Counted from the whole stretch's first letter, positions 1 to 13,263 are shown. The stretch: DNA of 63,468 nt, filler included, from Reticulomyxa filosa (GCA_000512085.1; 11 parts of 11 records of this genome joined end to end with filler, not necessarily neighbours in it), one strand, 5' to 3'. Notes: generated by a model not told the origin, from the sequence alone. Made by a program: numbers and translations.

Positions 1-30
1 AAAAAAAAAAAAAAAAAGTGCAATACGCAC

Positions 31-916
31 CTTCGCAACACAGTGATTGCAAACAGTACAATGCTTAGACCTGGCCAGTTTCGTGAATTGACACGTGGAA
101 CATTCGATATCGTCATAAGGGAATATCGGCCCATTGGGAAACATTTTCGCATAAACGCGATGGCTTTCTTTCGTTATTACTCCAGGGTCCGCCATGCACA
201 CCATAACAAATGACAGCAACGTTAATACCATCACTACTGACGTTGTATATCTTTTTTTTTTTTTTTTTTTTGAAATTGTAAAATAATTTTTTTTTTTTTA
301 AATTTTTTTTAAAGTTGCGAAATTTCTTAATCATACATGTGCATTGGTGACAATTGATATTTGGACACATCTTGAATATACGGCCATACGAAGATAATAA
401 ACAAAGCAAACACCCCGGGGACTAGTACCATGTACACGAGTTGCAACAATGGGTTCTTTTGATATATTATCCAATGTGTCACCCTACGAAAGAATTCGAC
501 CACTCTCTTTCCAAAGATCTGCTCACAGCATCGTCTTTTTTAATAAAATAAAAAAAAAATAGACTTCCTTTTTAAATGTATTGTATTGCAGTGACGGTCA
601 CGAAACAAAAGTAGATCCATTAATTTGTGCAGGCCACGGACACACTTCCCACTGATCCCACGACTGTGGGGATTCCCGAGACAAAGCACCACTGACACCT
701 TTTGCAATTTCAATGTGTGCGTGTTGTGCATTTGGGTTTGTTTGGATATTTTCAAAGCCGAGAAATAATCCTCATACTTTTTTCTTGTTCTCACAACTTG
801 ACACAAAAGAGAAACCGCTCAGTATTTAGTAACTACGGAACAAGAGAACCAACGAGAATACAAAGCCATAAAGCTCTTCCAATCCAGCTGGCTAAAACAT
901 GTACATAATGATGCAT
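31..916 (-). CDS. DHHC palmitoyltransferase, ZDHHC4/Swf1-like; multi-exon, 3' part runs off the window
   Basis: Manual splicing gives MHHYVHVLASWIGRALWLCIL / VSVVLCLGNPHSRG... / ...YQKNPLLQLVYMVLV... / ...MADPGVITKES...CSTCQFTKLARSKHCTVCNHCVAK followed by a GT donor. This is the DPG motif plus the Cys-rich CxxC...RSKHCxxCxxCV segment that precedes DHHC. The ORF track mostly misses this frame. Confidence 0.85.
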
Positions 917-1497
917 TGATGCTTGCAATTATTTGCTATGAATTAACGTTGTTCCTTGAAAGTTTGTTATTACACTTTTGCTCACGGCAAAATTGTAACT
1001 CTATTATGAAATAAGTTCAAACATGAAGGGGACGAGTTTATACTGCTGTTACAACTCCGCTTTTTTTGAAACGATCAATAAAACAAATTTATTTTAATTT
1101 AATTACTAAAGATTGAATAAATCTCCTTCAATAATCAAAATTGTAATTTAAAACTCTAGTGAAAGATTTCTCATTTAAAAGAACAGGTTAATTGAGAGCC
1201 GTAAAAATTCTTGTGCATTAACGTCAGACGAGCTACTTAACTTATATTCAATATTTTGTAAATAAAAATTTTGAAGGATAGAAAAACAAGCAAGTGAAAT
1301 TATTAACCTGATGCCTTTGTATAATTTTTACATTTTTGAAAATTTGTCCTCAAAAAGAAATTATAAAAAATGCTTGCATTTTGTTAAACAAAGTTATTTG
1401 TACATTTTTTCATTTCAGTATTGAGTGTTAAAAACGTTGTACACATCATAATGATTAAGAAAAAGCGTACTACTTCTTCGCATAAACACTTATAACG

Positions 1498-2894
1498 ATG
1501 GACACCGAATCATTAGCAGATTCGGAATTAGAGAGCTCGAGTTTGGGCCAGCTAAGCCAATTTTTTGATAACATCTCACAAAATACAAAAAATTCATTTT
1601 CCCCAAAAGTATCTCAAACTGTGTCAATTCAGCCCCCTCCGCCTGCCCAAGGAGGTTCAAAAGGTACTATGATATTTTCTTGGTTGCAAAAAAATAAAAA
1701 ATGTTTCATTGGCAAAATATAAAAGCAATGCTTGGAGCTATAAAGGCTTTGCAAGAGCGAGTGTTGTCGCTAACTGAAGAAGCGCAACAAAATAAAATTG
1801 CTTATGAATCTCAAATTGACAAATTGTCAACAACAATACAACAAATGAAAGAAAAATATGCAGATGCCAAACAGAAGCTCAAAACAATGACTGCTCACAA
1901 CAACCGTATGCATTACTTTTTTGGGCCAAAAAGTTCAACAATAGTAACCTGTTAACAAACAACAAAAAAAGTGGTTGAATGTACAGAGCTCAATTCGCGA
2001 TTAAAGGAAATGGAAGTGGATAACCTATCTATTAAAGCAGAAAAAAAGAAAATGGTAGAAGATATGCAGCGTTTAGAGAATACCGATCAAATGAAGTTAC
2101 ATCCTTTTTTTTTTTTTTTGGAAGGGGCAGGTGGGTTCAACAAGTGTTGGTGTGAAAATAAAAGAACACAAGAATTAAAGACACAATTGGAGTATTTGCA
2201 AAATGACTTAAGAACAAAAGCAGATGTTGAAAAAAGATTACACAAATTACAAACAAAAAACCAGCAATTGCAAATTGAGCTGGATGCAACAAAAGAGGAA
2301 CTAAAACAACAAAAAACCCTGAGAAAATCACTTCTCAAGCGAAATGAAAAGTCAGATAATTTGTTAAATGTTCTAATGTCTGAAAACGACAATTTGCACA
2401 ATGAAATGTTAACGTTGAAAGAAACAACTGTCAAGTCTTCTGGAGTCTTAAAAGATATTTCTAATCGAACCGTTAAAGAAAGAAAAAACCAAACTAAAAC
2501 ACTTAAAAAAAAGAGACAATACAGCACTAAAAAAATACATCAAGTTCCAAATCCAGTCCTTGTCTTTGACGCGTCTATTCCTTTCACTGGTGAGGAGAGT
2601 AGCAGATCTAACTGTTCACCGTGTTTAAAAAAGTCAAAAAGTATAGCAAATTTGAGATTCTCTTCAACAGTATGTGTTTTTGTCTTATTTCTAACAACGG
2701 GATCTATTTCATCTCCAATTTATCGATATCTTTCAACAATTGTTTGTTTGCTCTTAAAGCCCACAACGTCCTTAAGAAAAGCAAAGCAAGCTTATGAGTT
2801 TCATAAAAATCGAAGTATGAAAATGCTACGAGCTAATGTCTCATCACAGAATAAACCTAAGACAAAAATAAAAACAAAATCAGTGTGGAGGTAG
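1498..2894 (+). CDS. Coiled-coil protein, possibly Cep57/translokin-like; at least 4 exons
   Basis: Spliced GSK-AMLGAIKALQERVLSLTEE resembles the Cep57 N-terminal AIxSALKxLQEKIRRLE motif and is followed by a long heptad-rich region. GT-AG introns at about 1664-1725, 1906-1971 and 2097-2164. Confidence 0.55.
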
Positions 2895-3645
2895 CATCAC
2901 ATTGTATTAAGTTCTAATTTTTGTTGTCAAAATGCAACTCTTCATATGTCTAAAAAATATTCTTAATAAGTAAGATAGCACGTTTAATTTACTTACTTCA
3001 GATTTAAATTTTTTTAATTATAAGAAACCAAATTATACAATGCTATTCACAGAAATTACTCATATTACTTCTAAACCTTTATTGATTGTTGTACACGACG
3101 TATTAAGTGAAATAGTATATGCCAATAATCTTTCGTAGATACTGTAAGTGATGAGAAAAATGTTAAAAATAATGCAATAAATTAGGGTACATATTGAAGA
3201 AGAAAGTATGCAAATGGCGTATCAAATAAGATTCAATATTCATGGTTTTTTTGTCCAAAAAAATCCACGTTGCTAAACCTTACCAAAAAAAAAGTGGAGA
3301 TTTTAGAATTTTTTGTTAATATTACCATTTCATGAATAAAAAACAGTCAATTCAAAAATTCGATTTGAATCGAAAAAAAGATGTATGAAGTAGGACTCTT
3401 TAATCTTAAATCTTTTCTTTTTTTGTGAAATTTAATTGCAAAATTAAAAAAAAACTTGTTTTTTGATGTCTTTCTGTACACTTTCTTCGAAAGTCCCAAC
3501 CATTATGTCACAGAGGATGCATTTTGAAGATTTTTAGATCAAAAATACAACACAAAAAGGAACAGTATTGAGAAGACAAAAATTTAAAATTTGCATAGTG
3601 AAATTGTACACTTGTTTTGAATGTAGACCCTTTTTTTTTTTTTTT

Positions 3646-5747
3646 TCAATAATTTCGTTTCAGCTCTGAGCGGGAAGCAAACTTTGGGTAAAATTCTTTC
3701 TTTTTTCTTTAAAGGTGTCCATGGATTTGGAAAGATATGTGATGATAAATGCACTTATCAAATAAGAAATGAAAACGGTCAGCCATATACTGCATAGCTC
3801 ACCGCTACTGGCACCCTCGACCGAGTCTATTATTTTGTGCCAATTATTGGTTTTTTAATGAGTTGTCTCGGATTCATGCAAAATGCATGTTAACATTGCA
3901 TTTGATATATAAAAATATGAGCATTGAGCAACAGCAACAACAACAACAAAAACCAAACTGGGGTCATAGCTATCACCAAACATGGCGAGCCAAGAAAAGG
4001 AGATGGCATCAGCAGCAGCATAAGATCCTGCAACGGCAATGGAGTTGATCACTAGTTCAACCCATTTCTTGCCAAACTCGGAACACGATTGATTGGTTTT
4101 GGCTGAGCCCTGTTGTCGTCCTTGCATTTGCGACGTACTGCGCTGAAGTGCGTCTGCACTTGTGCGCGTCCATTTTTGGAAATAATAAGTGCCCACCACA
4201 CTTGTCGACACAAAAAGTATAACCACGATCCAATAGGTCAACAAACGAACTCCACTGGTTTGTCCATGTTCGCACGACGCTATCAACGCATCATACAGCG
4301 ACAGGCCTATACACACAAAGCGTATATCACAATGTCGGTTATATATGTATATGTATACGTATGTGTAGGTATATCCATACATAAATACACATATATGCAT
4401 ATATATACATATATATGTATATAACCGACAACAGTTTGAATGACATTGAAAGTCATATAAGCAGCCAATTGTGTTTCTTTTTGATGGAACTTGGTGAGAT
4501 CGAGTTTTTGCTGCGACACGTATCCATACTTTTCCAAGAGGAGATTGACCCAGGCGACAAAGCACGTGAGGAGAAGCACGTAGACCCACAAGACGAAAAC
4601 GGCTTTGCGCGTGCCTTTGTCCTGTTGATACGTGCCATAAAAAGCGGCGATGATCGAGTACTTGGCGGCGTCGCGGATGGCCCACGCCATGCACAAAGCC
4701 ATGGCGATCGAATACAACCGATACCATTGCATTCGATACGACATTGTCAGCAAGTTGTCGCGCAGCTCCAAGTAGTCGGGTTCGTCCATCACTTTTGCCA
4801 ACTCCGTTTCGTTCACTCCACTCACGTACTTTGACAACTTCGAAATACTAACAATCCCTTTTTTTTTTAAAATAAAAAAAAAAGGGGGAGGGATATTGTA
4901 TTATACGAACGTGATTAAAACCATTATATATATATTATATATATTTATATATACACATTATATGTTTGAAATTAAACCTATGATAAAAATGAGTACTGCA
5001 TAAGTCCACAGCATTGCCAAAGAGACCCCGCCTTCGGCATCGTTTCCATTGAATCCCTTTTCTACTGTCAACACGGTTAGATTGTTTAGTGCAAATGCCA
5101 CCACTAGGCCGAACACTGCAATTGTCAACGTCAGCAAATTGCGCGTCACTTCGTCAGTTTGTGCTTCCGTTGTTTTCAACACCTTCGTTACCAATCCGTC
5201 ATTGTTGTTGTCTGATTTCTCCTTTGACATTTCTTTCCTTTTTTTTTTTTATTATTATCAAAATACACAAGTATTTTGCACTCGCAATATCGCAACTTAC
5301 AAAAAAAAAAATTAAAAAAAAAAAGACTGACGTGAGTTGTAGTTCAGGGTCACTTACATGCGTATTATCGGCGGGGTTGAACACGGATTTGAGTTTTTTG
5401 TGCAATGAAACAAGTCCATAGGTTTGACAAACCTTTGGCAGGAAGCCAAAGAGCACTGCGCAAACGCATGAAATAATGAAGTAAATCCACGCGCCTGCGT
5501 AGTTATCCAATGGGTTACGCTTGATGCTGTAAATGATTGCTGCAGAGGTCAGTGCCGCATTTGCCCATGCAAAGTCTACCAGTATTAACTGCACCGTTGT
5601 TGAGTATACCTCTTCCAATAGCTGCAAATGCGCCAACTCCTTTGTGCTTGCCTCACTTACTACTGCTGCTTTCGTGGACGGGCTTGACACTGCTCCATCC
5701 TCTTGCACGTTTAACAGTAAGGGCTCTTTCACTCCAGTCGTTGCCAT
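3646..5747 (-). CDS. Polytopic membrane protein with about 10 TM segments, made of five 2-TM hairpin repeats (DUF5654-like); 5 exons
   Basis: ORFs 5199-5747, 4958-5230, 4307-4837 and 3855-4727 plus a last exon at about 3826-3646 (...SVEGASSGELCSIWLTVFISYL...ELKRNY*) join through GT-AG introns. Unit 2 reads TIAVFGLVVAFALNNL...LWTYAVLIFIIG. Confidence 0.7.
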
Positions 5748-7237
5748 ACTTTTATTTTCACTTGTTGAGTTTTAGTATGAGAGAGAAAAAAAAGAGGTAC
5801 CAATATTCTAGGTTTACTATCTTTATTAAGGATTAGTCATCAATTATTTCCATAGAAAAATTATTTCCTTTAGCCCCTACTTGTGCCACTGAAATATACA
5901 GTGGCTTAACGCAAAGCAAAAGCCTTTTTCATTCACCAATAAATCGCCAAAGTGAAGTAAAGCCACAAAATGTGTTATTAGCACTTGCAGATTGATATTG
6001 CAAACAATTTTTACTGTCTTGTTTGTTATGAAACAACAAAAAGTGTTTCAAAAAATTTACTTTACAAAAATGTTTTTTCATTGAAAAATTACTATATTAT
6101 TTGTAGAATAACAACTTCAAAAATAATTTTCATTATTCTGGTGTAAAAAAAAATAAAAATAATTCTTTCAAAAAAGTGTGACTCACGTGAAATGAAAATA
6201 GTATAAATGATATATCTTTTATGTGTGGAGTCAATGTTGATGAAAATGAAAAAAAAAAAAATTAAATAAATAGAATGCCCTTGACTTGGGCAGCAATTGG
6301 TGATATTTTCACCAAATAAAATCAATTTTTATTTTTAATTATACCCCCGGATTGCATCACATTCATCACACTTTTTATAATATTATTTTTTTGAAGAATA
6401 TAAACACTTAGAATTAAAAAATATATTTTAAGTCTTATCAGTTGCAGTTTCATGAAAAAGTTTCAAGTTTGGTTCGAAATACAAATACGAATATAATGTT
6501 TACGATATGAAAAATTTGCATTTTCAAAACTAAAACGATTTGTATTGGCACATTTTGTTTATAATGGCAATGTCAAAAGAACACTAATTTTAACAAATAA
6601 TCGTGCATGAACTTCATTGCGCTTTTGTTAAGGAAGAAAACGTATAAAAAAGTAAATCGTAAAGGCGATTGGTGTGTATTGAACTATTTGCCTGTTACTA
6701 TAGTCATGCAATAGCAAATTATATATCACTTCTATCAAAACGTATATGACGTCTCTGATAAAATCTGCGACCTCTTTGAGCAGTCAACACATTGCTCCAG
6801 ACATAAGGTTTTTCATTTATCCTACATTTTCTTGCAAGACAAGTGCATCAAATGAAACAAAGAGAAAGTTATATTTATTGTTGGTATTTCCAAACAACCT
6901 ACATTAAAAGTAATGGTTCCTGATTTCTTGAATAACTAGCGCAAATCTGCCAAGATCTATGAATGTCATGCAAGCAATAGTTGATATAATTTGACACCTA
7001 TCTGCAAGTGATATTACACTCGATATCTTTTCCAAAATTATGCAATGAAAGCACTATGACAAGTCTAAGCAAACAACTTCTGACAATATTTTTTTTTCAA
7101 TGTACAATTAGAAAATTATTTTACACGCTCTTAGAGATAATAAAATCTGTTCAAAAAAACGCGGCTGTTCTCTTCAAAAAAAAAAATTAAAGGGGAAAAC
7201 TTTTGATAATTTGGAAGCATCAATATAAGAACAATAA

Positions 7238-8596
7238 ATGAGCTCAGAGTGGTGCACAATCGAATCAGATCCAGGTTTTTTATATCTGCCTAACATTTTA
7301 ATTTCAAATGTCTTTAAGAATTTTTTGGGATGAAATTTAAGGAGGACGTTAGGAAGGTTCGGCACAACAAGAGAAAAGTAGGGCCGATGTGTGTGCAGGA
7401 GGGGGGGATATGTATGTGAAAATGTGTGAATGATTGAACAATTGCATAGGGGTGTTTACGGAGTTGATTCAAAAATTTGGGGTGAAAGAAGTGCAAGTAG
7501 AAGAGCTATGGAACATGGAGGAGGAAACATTTCGACGATTCAGGTTTGTTTTTTTTTTTTTTTTGAAGAAAAAAAAAATTAATGATAATAAAAAAACTTT
7601 GTTTATTATTTAAAAAAAAAAAAAAGGGGTGCAGAAGTATACGGCTTGATATTTTTATTTAAATGGGATAAAGAATTGCACAAATCGACAAGTGAGAACG
7701 TGTTGGAAGATATCCCCGAGGGGCTATTTTTTGCTCGTCAAATGGTGACGAATGCATGCGCGACACAAGCGATATTGAGTGTACTATTGAATTGTGAAGA
7801 CCGCGTGGAATTAGGAGACACACTGACGGAATTTCGAAACTTTAGCACTGACTTAGATCCCGATAGCATCGGCATTGCCTTGGAGAATTCCGCGCCGATT
7901 CGAACTGCCCACAACTCGTTCGCAAGGCCCGAACCCATTCAGATCGAAGTCACCGAAAGTACCAAGGGTGAAGACGCCTTCCACTTCGTCAGCTACGTGC
8001 CAAAGAATGGCATCTTGTATGAGTTGGACGGATTGCAAAAAGGTCCCCGTCTCATAAGTTAAGAATTTTTTTTTTTTTAACTAGTAAAAAAAAAAAAATT
8101 CCCCCCTTTTTTTTTTTTTTTTTTTGAAAAAGGGTTGAAATTAAAATTAAGCGAAAGTCAATTATTGTGCAAAAAATAGGCGAATGTGAAGATAAGGCAT
8201 GGTGGGAAGTGGCACGCCCTGAACTCGAAAAACGAATGTCGGAGTATGGTGATGAACTGCGATTCACGTTGTTGGCTGTTGTTCAAGATTTACATACAGT
8301 TTATTGTTTGTTTTTTTTTTAATGGCTTGTAACTTCTCCCCCCCCTCTTCCCCCTTGCTTGTAAGTAAACTAACTACCACATCAAACATAATAATTTACT
8401 GTAGTCAGGCTTTTCTTTTATTACAACATGTAATGCATATGTTTGGGACATAAAACAAAAGGTGTATTCCAAAGAGTTGGCAACACTGGCAGGACAAGAA
8501 AGTGAAGCGGCACAACAACAAACAGCGGAATTGAAGGCTTTGATTGAAACGCAAGATGAAAAACGAGAAAAATGGAGGGTATCTTTTTGAAAAAAA
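7238..8596 (+). CDS. UCHL5: Ubiquitin C-terminal hydrolase UCH37/UCHL5 (peptidase C12); 3' end at contig break
   Basis: Spliced MSSEWCTIESDPGVFTELI...VQVEELW...VYGLIFLFKW...FFARQMVTNACATQAILSVLLN (catalytic Q and C)...EDAFHFVSYVP (H)...LYELDGLQKGP (D)...RFTLLAVV, then a C-terminal coiled coil ending KREKWR. Confidence 0.95.
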
Positions 8597-8696
8597 NNNN
8601 NNNNNNNNNNNNNNNNNNNNNNNNNNNNNNNNNNNNNNNNTTAATTAATTAANNNNNNNNNNNNNNNNNNNNNNNNNNNNNNNNNNNNNNNNNNNN
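8597..8696. other. Artificial contig spacer, 44 N + TTAATTAATTAA + 44 N; repeated at 12914, 14206, 15964, 30514, 31619, 37506, 38843, 46742 and 62369
   Basis: Ten identical 100-nt spacers, each carrying a stop-in-all-six-frames linker. Sequences on either side are not physically adjacent. Confidence 0.99.
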
Positions 8697-8920
8697 CGTC
8701 TTTCACTGTTATTGAATACTCTCTCAAGTTTATTACTATTTTTATCTCACTTGCTTTGCTATCGATGCTGTTCATTATCAACTCGTCCATGATCCGGTAG
8801 ATGTCGGTGATTAAAAGTGTGGAACGGAGTAATTGTTGTGTTTTGCCATTTAGGCAGTGTATTCGTCCTGATCGTGAAGTTGCCAGTTTTCTTTTTTTCG
8901 TCGACTTCAGTCTTACCTGA
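8697..8920 (-). CDS. MLH3: MutL homologue N-terminus, MLH3-like GHKL ATPase; truncated by contig end, start unresolved
   Basis: IHCLNGKTQQLLRSTLLITDIYRIMDELIMNSIDSKASEIKIVINLREYSITVKD matches the MLH3 pattern LRS...ELxxNSIDA...VxDNG. Confidence 0.75.
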
Positions 8921-11900
8921 AAACAAAAAAAAAAAAAGGGACAGTTCCACAAAAGATAAGCCAAAATTAACGTTTTCTAATATTTAAAGATAAAAAAGAG
9001 ATAAGTGTAGTCTGTTATAACTAAATTCTATTTAAAATAATTTCAAGTTGAAATTTTTTTTAATCAAAAACTATTGAGACTTTTGTGAGGATCCTGAAAA
9101 AAAATTGTTTTCATTTGTTTGCTTATTTAAATCATAGAGAAATTTGCTAATACCACTAGTTGGTGCATTTCTTTGTGTAAAGAAAATCTGTTTGGAATAG
9201 AACCTCTCTTCACTTTTCCCGACTTGTTCAAAGTGTTGAGCTGTCATCTGCCATTTATGTATTCTGCTTTTGCTATATTTTGATCTTGTTATTGTTAATT
9301 TTAAAGAATTTCAGTAAAAAATATAAAGAAACAATATTTCGCAAAAGTGAAAATACTTACAAACAACAATTGGTGTCTATGAAGACATACAATGATTTGA
9401 GTTTTTCAACATTACACAGAATATTTTGTTATGTGATTCAGAGTACAAATGTTCAAAATGCAAACAAAAGTTGAAGATGAAACAAATAAATCTTTAAATA
9501 TGTATAAATGCAATGTTCAAATATTTTTGTTATTACTTTCTTCATGCTTGAACAGACTCTATTTGTAAATTTCATTGTTTCGTTGGAAACAAGGCGTTTA
9601 GTTCAAACTGATAATTTCAAATATATTGTTTTTGTTATCTATAATATTTCTATCTATATTTTTGACTTATTTTCAAATATTTTCTTAAATTTTTTTCTAT
9701 CTAAAGGAGATATGATTTATGCTTTAGAAACAAATTCCACTTCTTCAAATAAATGGAACTGAAACATTATATACCGTATGAAGAAATACAAAAACATCAC
9801 TTCTTCTTTTTTGGTAAGCAAAAATAAAGAGTCTAGTTGCAATAACACTGTTGTGCATACACAAACTCATGGATTTGAAAAAATACGGCGGCGAAGTCGG
9901 TTTGATTGTGCAAAATTGTCTGTATTTTTGCAATATGACGAGACGGACAGTGAGTCAATGGATCGTTGCTTTCGTCGTTTTCTTTTTTTTGCTTTTTAAT
10001 TTTGTGGTTGTTTATTACGTTCTCCTAAAATTTGGTGTGTTGAGTATCGATAGCACAGCGCCCTTACAAAAACGAGAAACTGATCCGAACATGCAAAATT
10101 TGTTAATGCAAATTTTGGGTGCCTCTTTATTAAAAATATTTTATTAAAAATAAATGTTATGTTCAGATAACCTGTTTCTACTAGGGAATTAAAAAATATT
10201 ATCATAATCTAGTAAGAACAACAACTTCCCAAAGCATTACAAAAAAAAAAATTTTTAAAAAAGGAAACATTTTAGATTGAACTGTTTGTCTTGTTCAAAC
10301 TTACTTGTTGTTTTCTTATCTTGAGTTCTTTTGCTTTAGAGTTAATTTTTTTGAAGGTATTGTAGTAACATAGCAAGTATCAAAAAAGAAAAAATGTGGC
10401 GTAATGCATGATGTTGTTCTGCAACAAGCTTGCGACATGTTAAAAAAAAAGAAAGCATGGAAAAAAGCTTGTGTTGCAAAAAAGTCTCAAAATTTATTTT
10501 TTTTGCGATGTCATTTGTACATACTTGATCAACACTGTTTTTTGATAAAAAAAAATATAGTGGCGTGGCGTAATAGAAACTAAGATGCATGCACGATTTT
10601 GCTCAGAACGAGCATTCTAAAGATCATACGTGTGATGGATACAAGCAGCTAGTTGCGTTACTGTGAATATGTTCCTGCGGTTGAGTTCATGTGGCTATGT
10701 TTATGTAGTTGTATTCTTGTGGTTTCTTAGTGGAATCTTTTCTTACTGTGCTCCAGATTTTTTTGTACTGAAGCCCTTTGTTCTCTTATAATATATCTGG
10801 TAACTGCTGTTACTGTAACGACGACCACTGGACACATAAGAGCAAGAAAAGATTTTCTTCTTATTGCAAACTGACAGTGGTCTTTGATAGAATATCTTAG
10901 AGTTATGCATCCAAACTTCAATTACGCGTAAAAGATATTGAATTTGGCGAGCATATCAGTAAGTGCAAGTGATCGTGTTCGTGTGGCAAATGACTTTGGT
11001 CAATATGTAAGTCAGTCAAATGATATAAATTGTTTGCAGAAGCGAACACAAAGAAAATTTTGACAATCTGTTGCTAGCGATGGAAAAAAAAAAGTCTGGA
11101 CTTGTACGTAACGATGTGGACATATTAGATGGATAGAATAACTACTTTTGTATGCCAATGCTATAAAATAAATAAATGAAATGAGACCATCCAAAGATTA
11201 AGTATTGTAAATGATTCATATTGTCACTTGTGTTTGTATTTGAAATATCGGTTCGAAGCAAAAACAATGCGAATGAACGTATCGATAATATCACTTTACT
11301 TCTAATCGGGACGATGCGTGTGAATGTGAATTATTTTGATCAATTATTACAACTCTTATCAAAATGATTGCTTTCACCGTTTTACTATCAATCGTTCATC
11401 AAAAACAACTATGACTGATATTGTCTCTTCGGATAACAATAACGAAGCTAGTCGTTCAAATTATCTATTTTGGTTCGCTTCTATAATCATCACAACATAT
11501 AAAAAAAAACAAAAATTTTAGTACAAGTTCTTCTATCGTTTTTTGTATTGTTGTGTGTCAATATATGAAAGAGATTGATTTTCAAATTTTAAGGTTCTTT
11601 TTTTGAATTAAAATTTGTTTTCAATATGGTCAAATAATTTTCAATATGTCTTTTGAAAAAAAAAAAAATTAACCAGTTTGATTTTTTTAAATAATCATTC
11701 TTCCAGCGTATTATCATATTAACAATTTATCCACTTGTTCTTTGTTAACAATTTTAAACATTTTTTCATTGATCTTATCGAGTTTTTTTGGAGACAATAA
11801 AATAATACTTTAACTCAAATTTGTGATTGCATTCCAAAAAAATATATTCAAGCTAAAAATCAAATAAATTCAAAAGTTGAATTAATGTCTTTTTTTGTTT

Positions 11901-12440
11901 TTTCGTAAGAGACAAAGCGTGGTTTACTAATCTACTTGTCATTCTACTTTTTTCTATAAGTCAATTTTTATTTCATAACGGGAACATGTTTTGTGCTGTA
12001 ATTCACACTGACTATTAACAGTGAAAAATACAAAATCGTTGATTGATTCCGACTTACAACATTTGACCCTTTTTAATAAAAAGGAAATTTTAATAAATTT
12101 TTAAAATTCATTACTAAGTTGCTATCGAGTATTAGAATAAATGGCAATTTAATTGAATACTAATAAAATCAAGACCTTTATCAAAACTGAAAACCAAAAA
12201 TTAATCTAAATATCAACTGAAAAGGGAATAAAAACTATTTGTCAACAATATCAAAAACATCCAAAACTTAAGTCGAACGTGAATCAAAACAAAGCGACAC
12301 TTAATATTACCAAAATGAACAATATAATTCATTTATTGTGGCCAAAAACTAGAAACACAAGAAATAAAAAATAAAATAAAAACAATGAAAAATCTAAGAT
12401 AAATAAAGCATCTAAGGAAAACATCCAATGTCAGATTAAT

Positions 12441-12913
12441 CTACGTATATTCAGGCGAATGCGGGTCAGATATATATTTTTTTAAAACAGGTGGTACATA
12501 CTCTCCTTCCCATTTTTTGTGTGTAGGAGAGCGACCAGGCAATGTATTGTCTTTTTTTTGGGTTTTGCCCTCGGATCTTTTTTGTGGAGTGACTTTCTTG
12601 TTATCAGGAGGATGTCCATTGTGAGCCGGTGTTGTATCATATTGGCCTGTCTGTTTAGCTGGTGGATGTTGCAGTTCAATTTCGGAAGTTTTTTGAGGAG
12701 CATCATGTTCATCGATTGGAGGTAAGTCTGTGACAGTCGGCTCCATCTCCGATACTCAAGCTCTTGCAAAACTTTTTCGGCAGCGTTGATACGTTCTTTG
12801 TCCAGAGCAGTCAGATGGGTGTCCTTGGGGGGGAGGGGGGGGACGACGACGATAACATCATCGACCATGCCATTAATATCTTCTCCAGAAATGGACCGTT
12901 CTGCAGGTGCAGG
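12441..12913 (-). CDS. C-terminal part of a Pro/Lys-rich hypothetical protein with an apparent frameshift near 12750
   Basis: Frame 12482-12868 (VVPPLPPKDTHL...EKVLQELE) overlaps frame 12441-12746 (EMEPTVTDLPP...SPEYT*). Local GC is higher than the flanks. Confidence 0.35.
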
Positions 12914-13013
12914 NNNNNNNNNNNNNNNNNNNNNNNNNNNNNNNNNNNNNNNNNNNNTTAATTAATTAANNNNNNNNNNNNNNNNNNNNNNNNNNNNNNN
13001 NNNNNNNNNNNNN

Positions 13014-13189
13014 ACCAATCCGACTTTACCGCTTTCATGAACGGCTTTCTGGAACAGAACCCGCAAGTCGATACCGAACGTCGCGAACTGCGCCTGACCT
13101 GGTGGGAGCGCAAGCTGGATCTGGACGACCAGCGCCGCTGGAAAGAATCCCGCGTGCCGCAAAAACCGTACGTTTACCAGCCGGAGTGA
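13014..13189 (+). CDS. DUF3460-family small protein (betaproteobacterial), 5' truncated
   Basis: YQSDFTAFMNGFLEQNPQVDTERRELRLTWWERKLDLDDQRRWKESRVPQKPYVYQPE*; the Y-x-S-D/E start and RVPQKPYVYQ end are characteristic. Absent from the ORF track. Confidence 0.8.
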
Positions 13190-13226
13190 CCCGCCCGCAC
13201 GGCTTGCCGTGTAGCGGACAGACCAT

Positions 13227-13253
13227 GACGCCCGCAAGGGCGTTGTTTTTTTT
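13227..13253 (+). terminator. Rho-independent terminator
   Basis: GACGCCC-GCAA-GGGCGTT stem with a GNRA tetraloop, followed by GTTTTTTTT, downstream of the DUF3460 gene. Confidence 0.8.
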
Positions 13254-13263
13254 GAGCATTGGC

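Noticed and set aside
4340-4425. (TA)n/(TATG)n tracts, also near 15820, 48410, 48960 and 62495
   Set aside because: Intronic microsatellites with no repeat-spacer structure; not CRISPR-like.
8641-8652. TTAATTAATTAA recurring ten times, which could suggest a repeat, telomere or element end
   Set aside because: Always centred in exactly 44+44 N. It is a six-frame-stop concatenation linker, so adjacency across it has no biological meaning.
9869-11200. Possible type II membrane protein gene (single TM at about 9960-10030, then exon-like blocks)
   Set aside because: Downstream blocks had stops in the frames I tried and no family was recognisable; at most an unidentifiable pseudogene.
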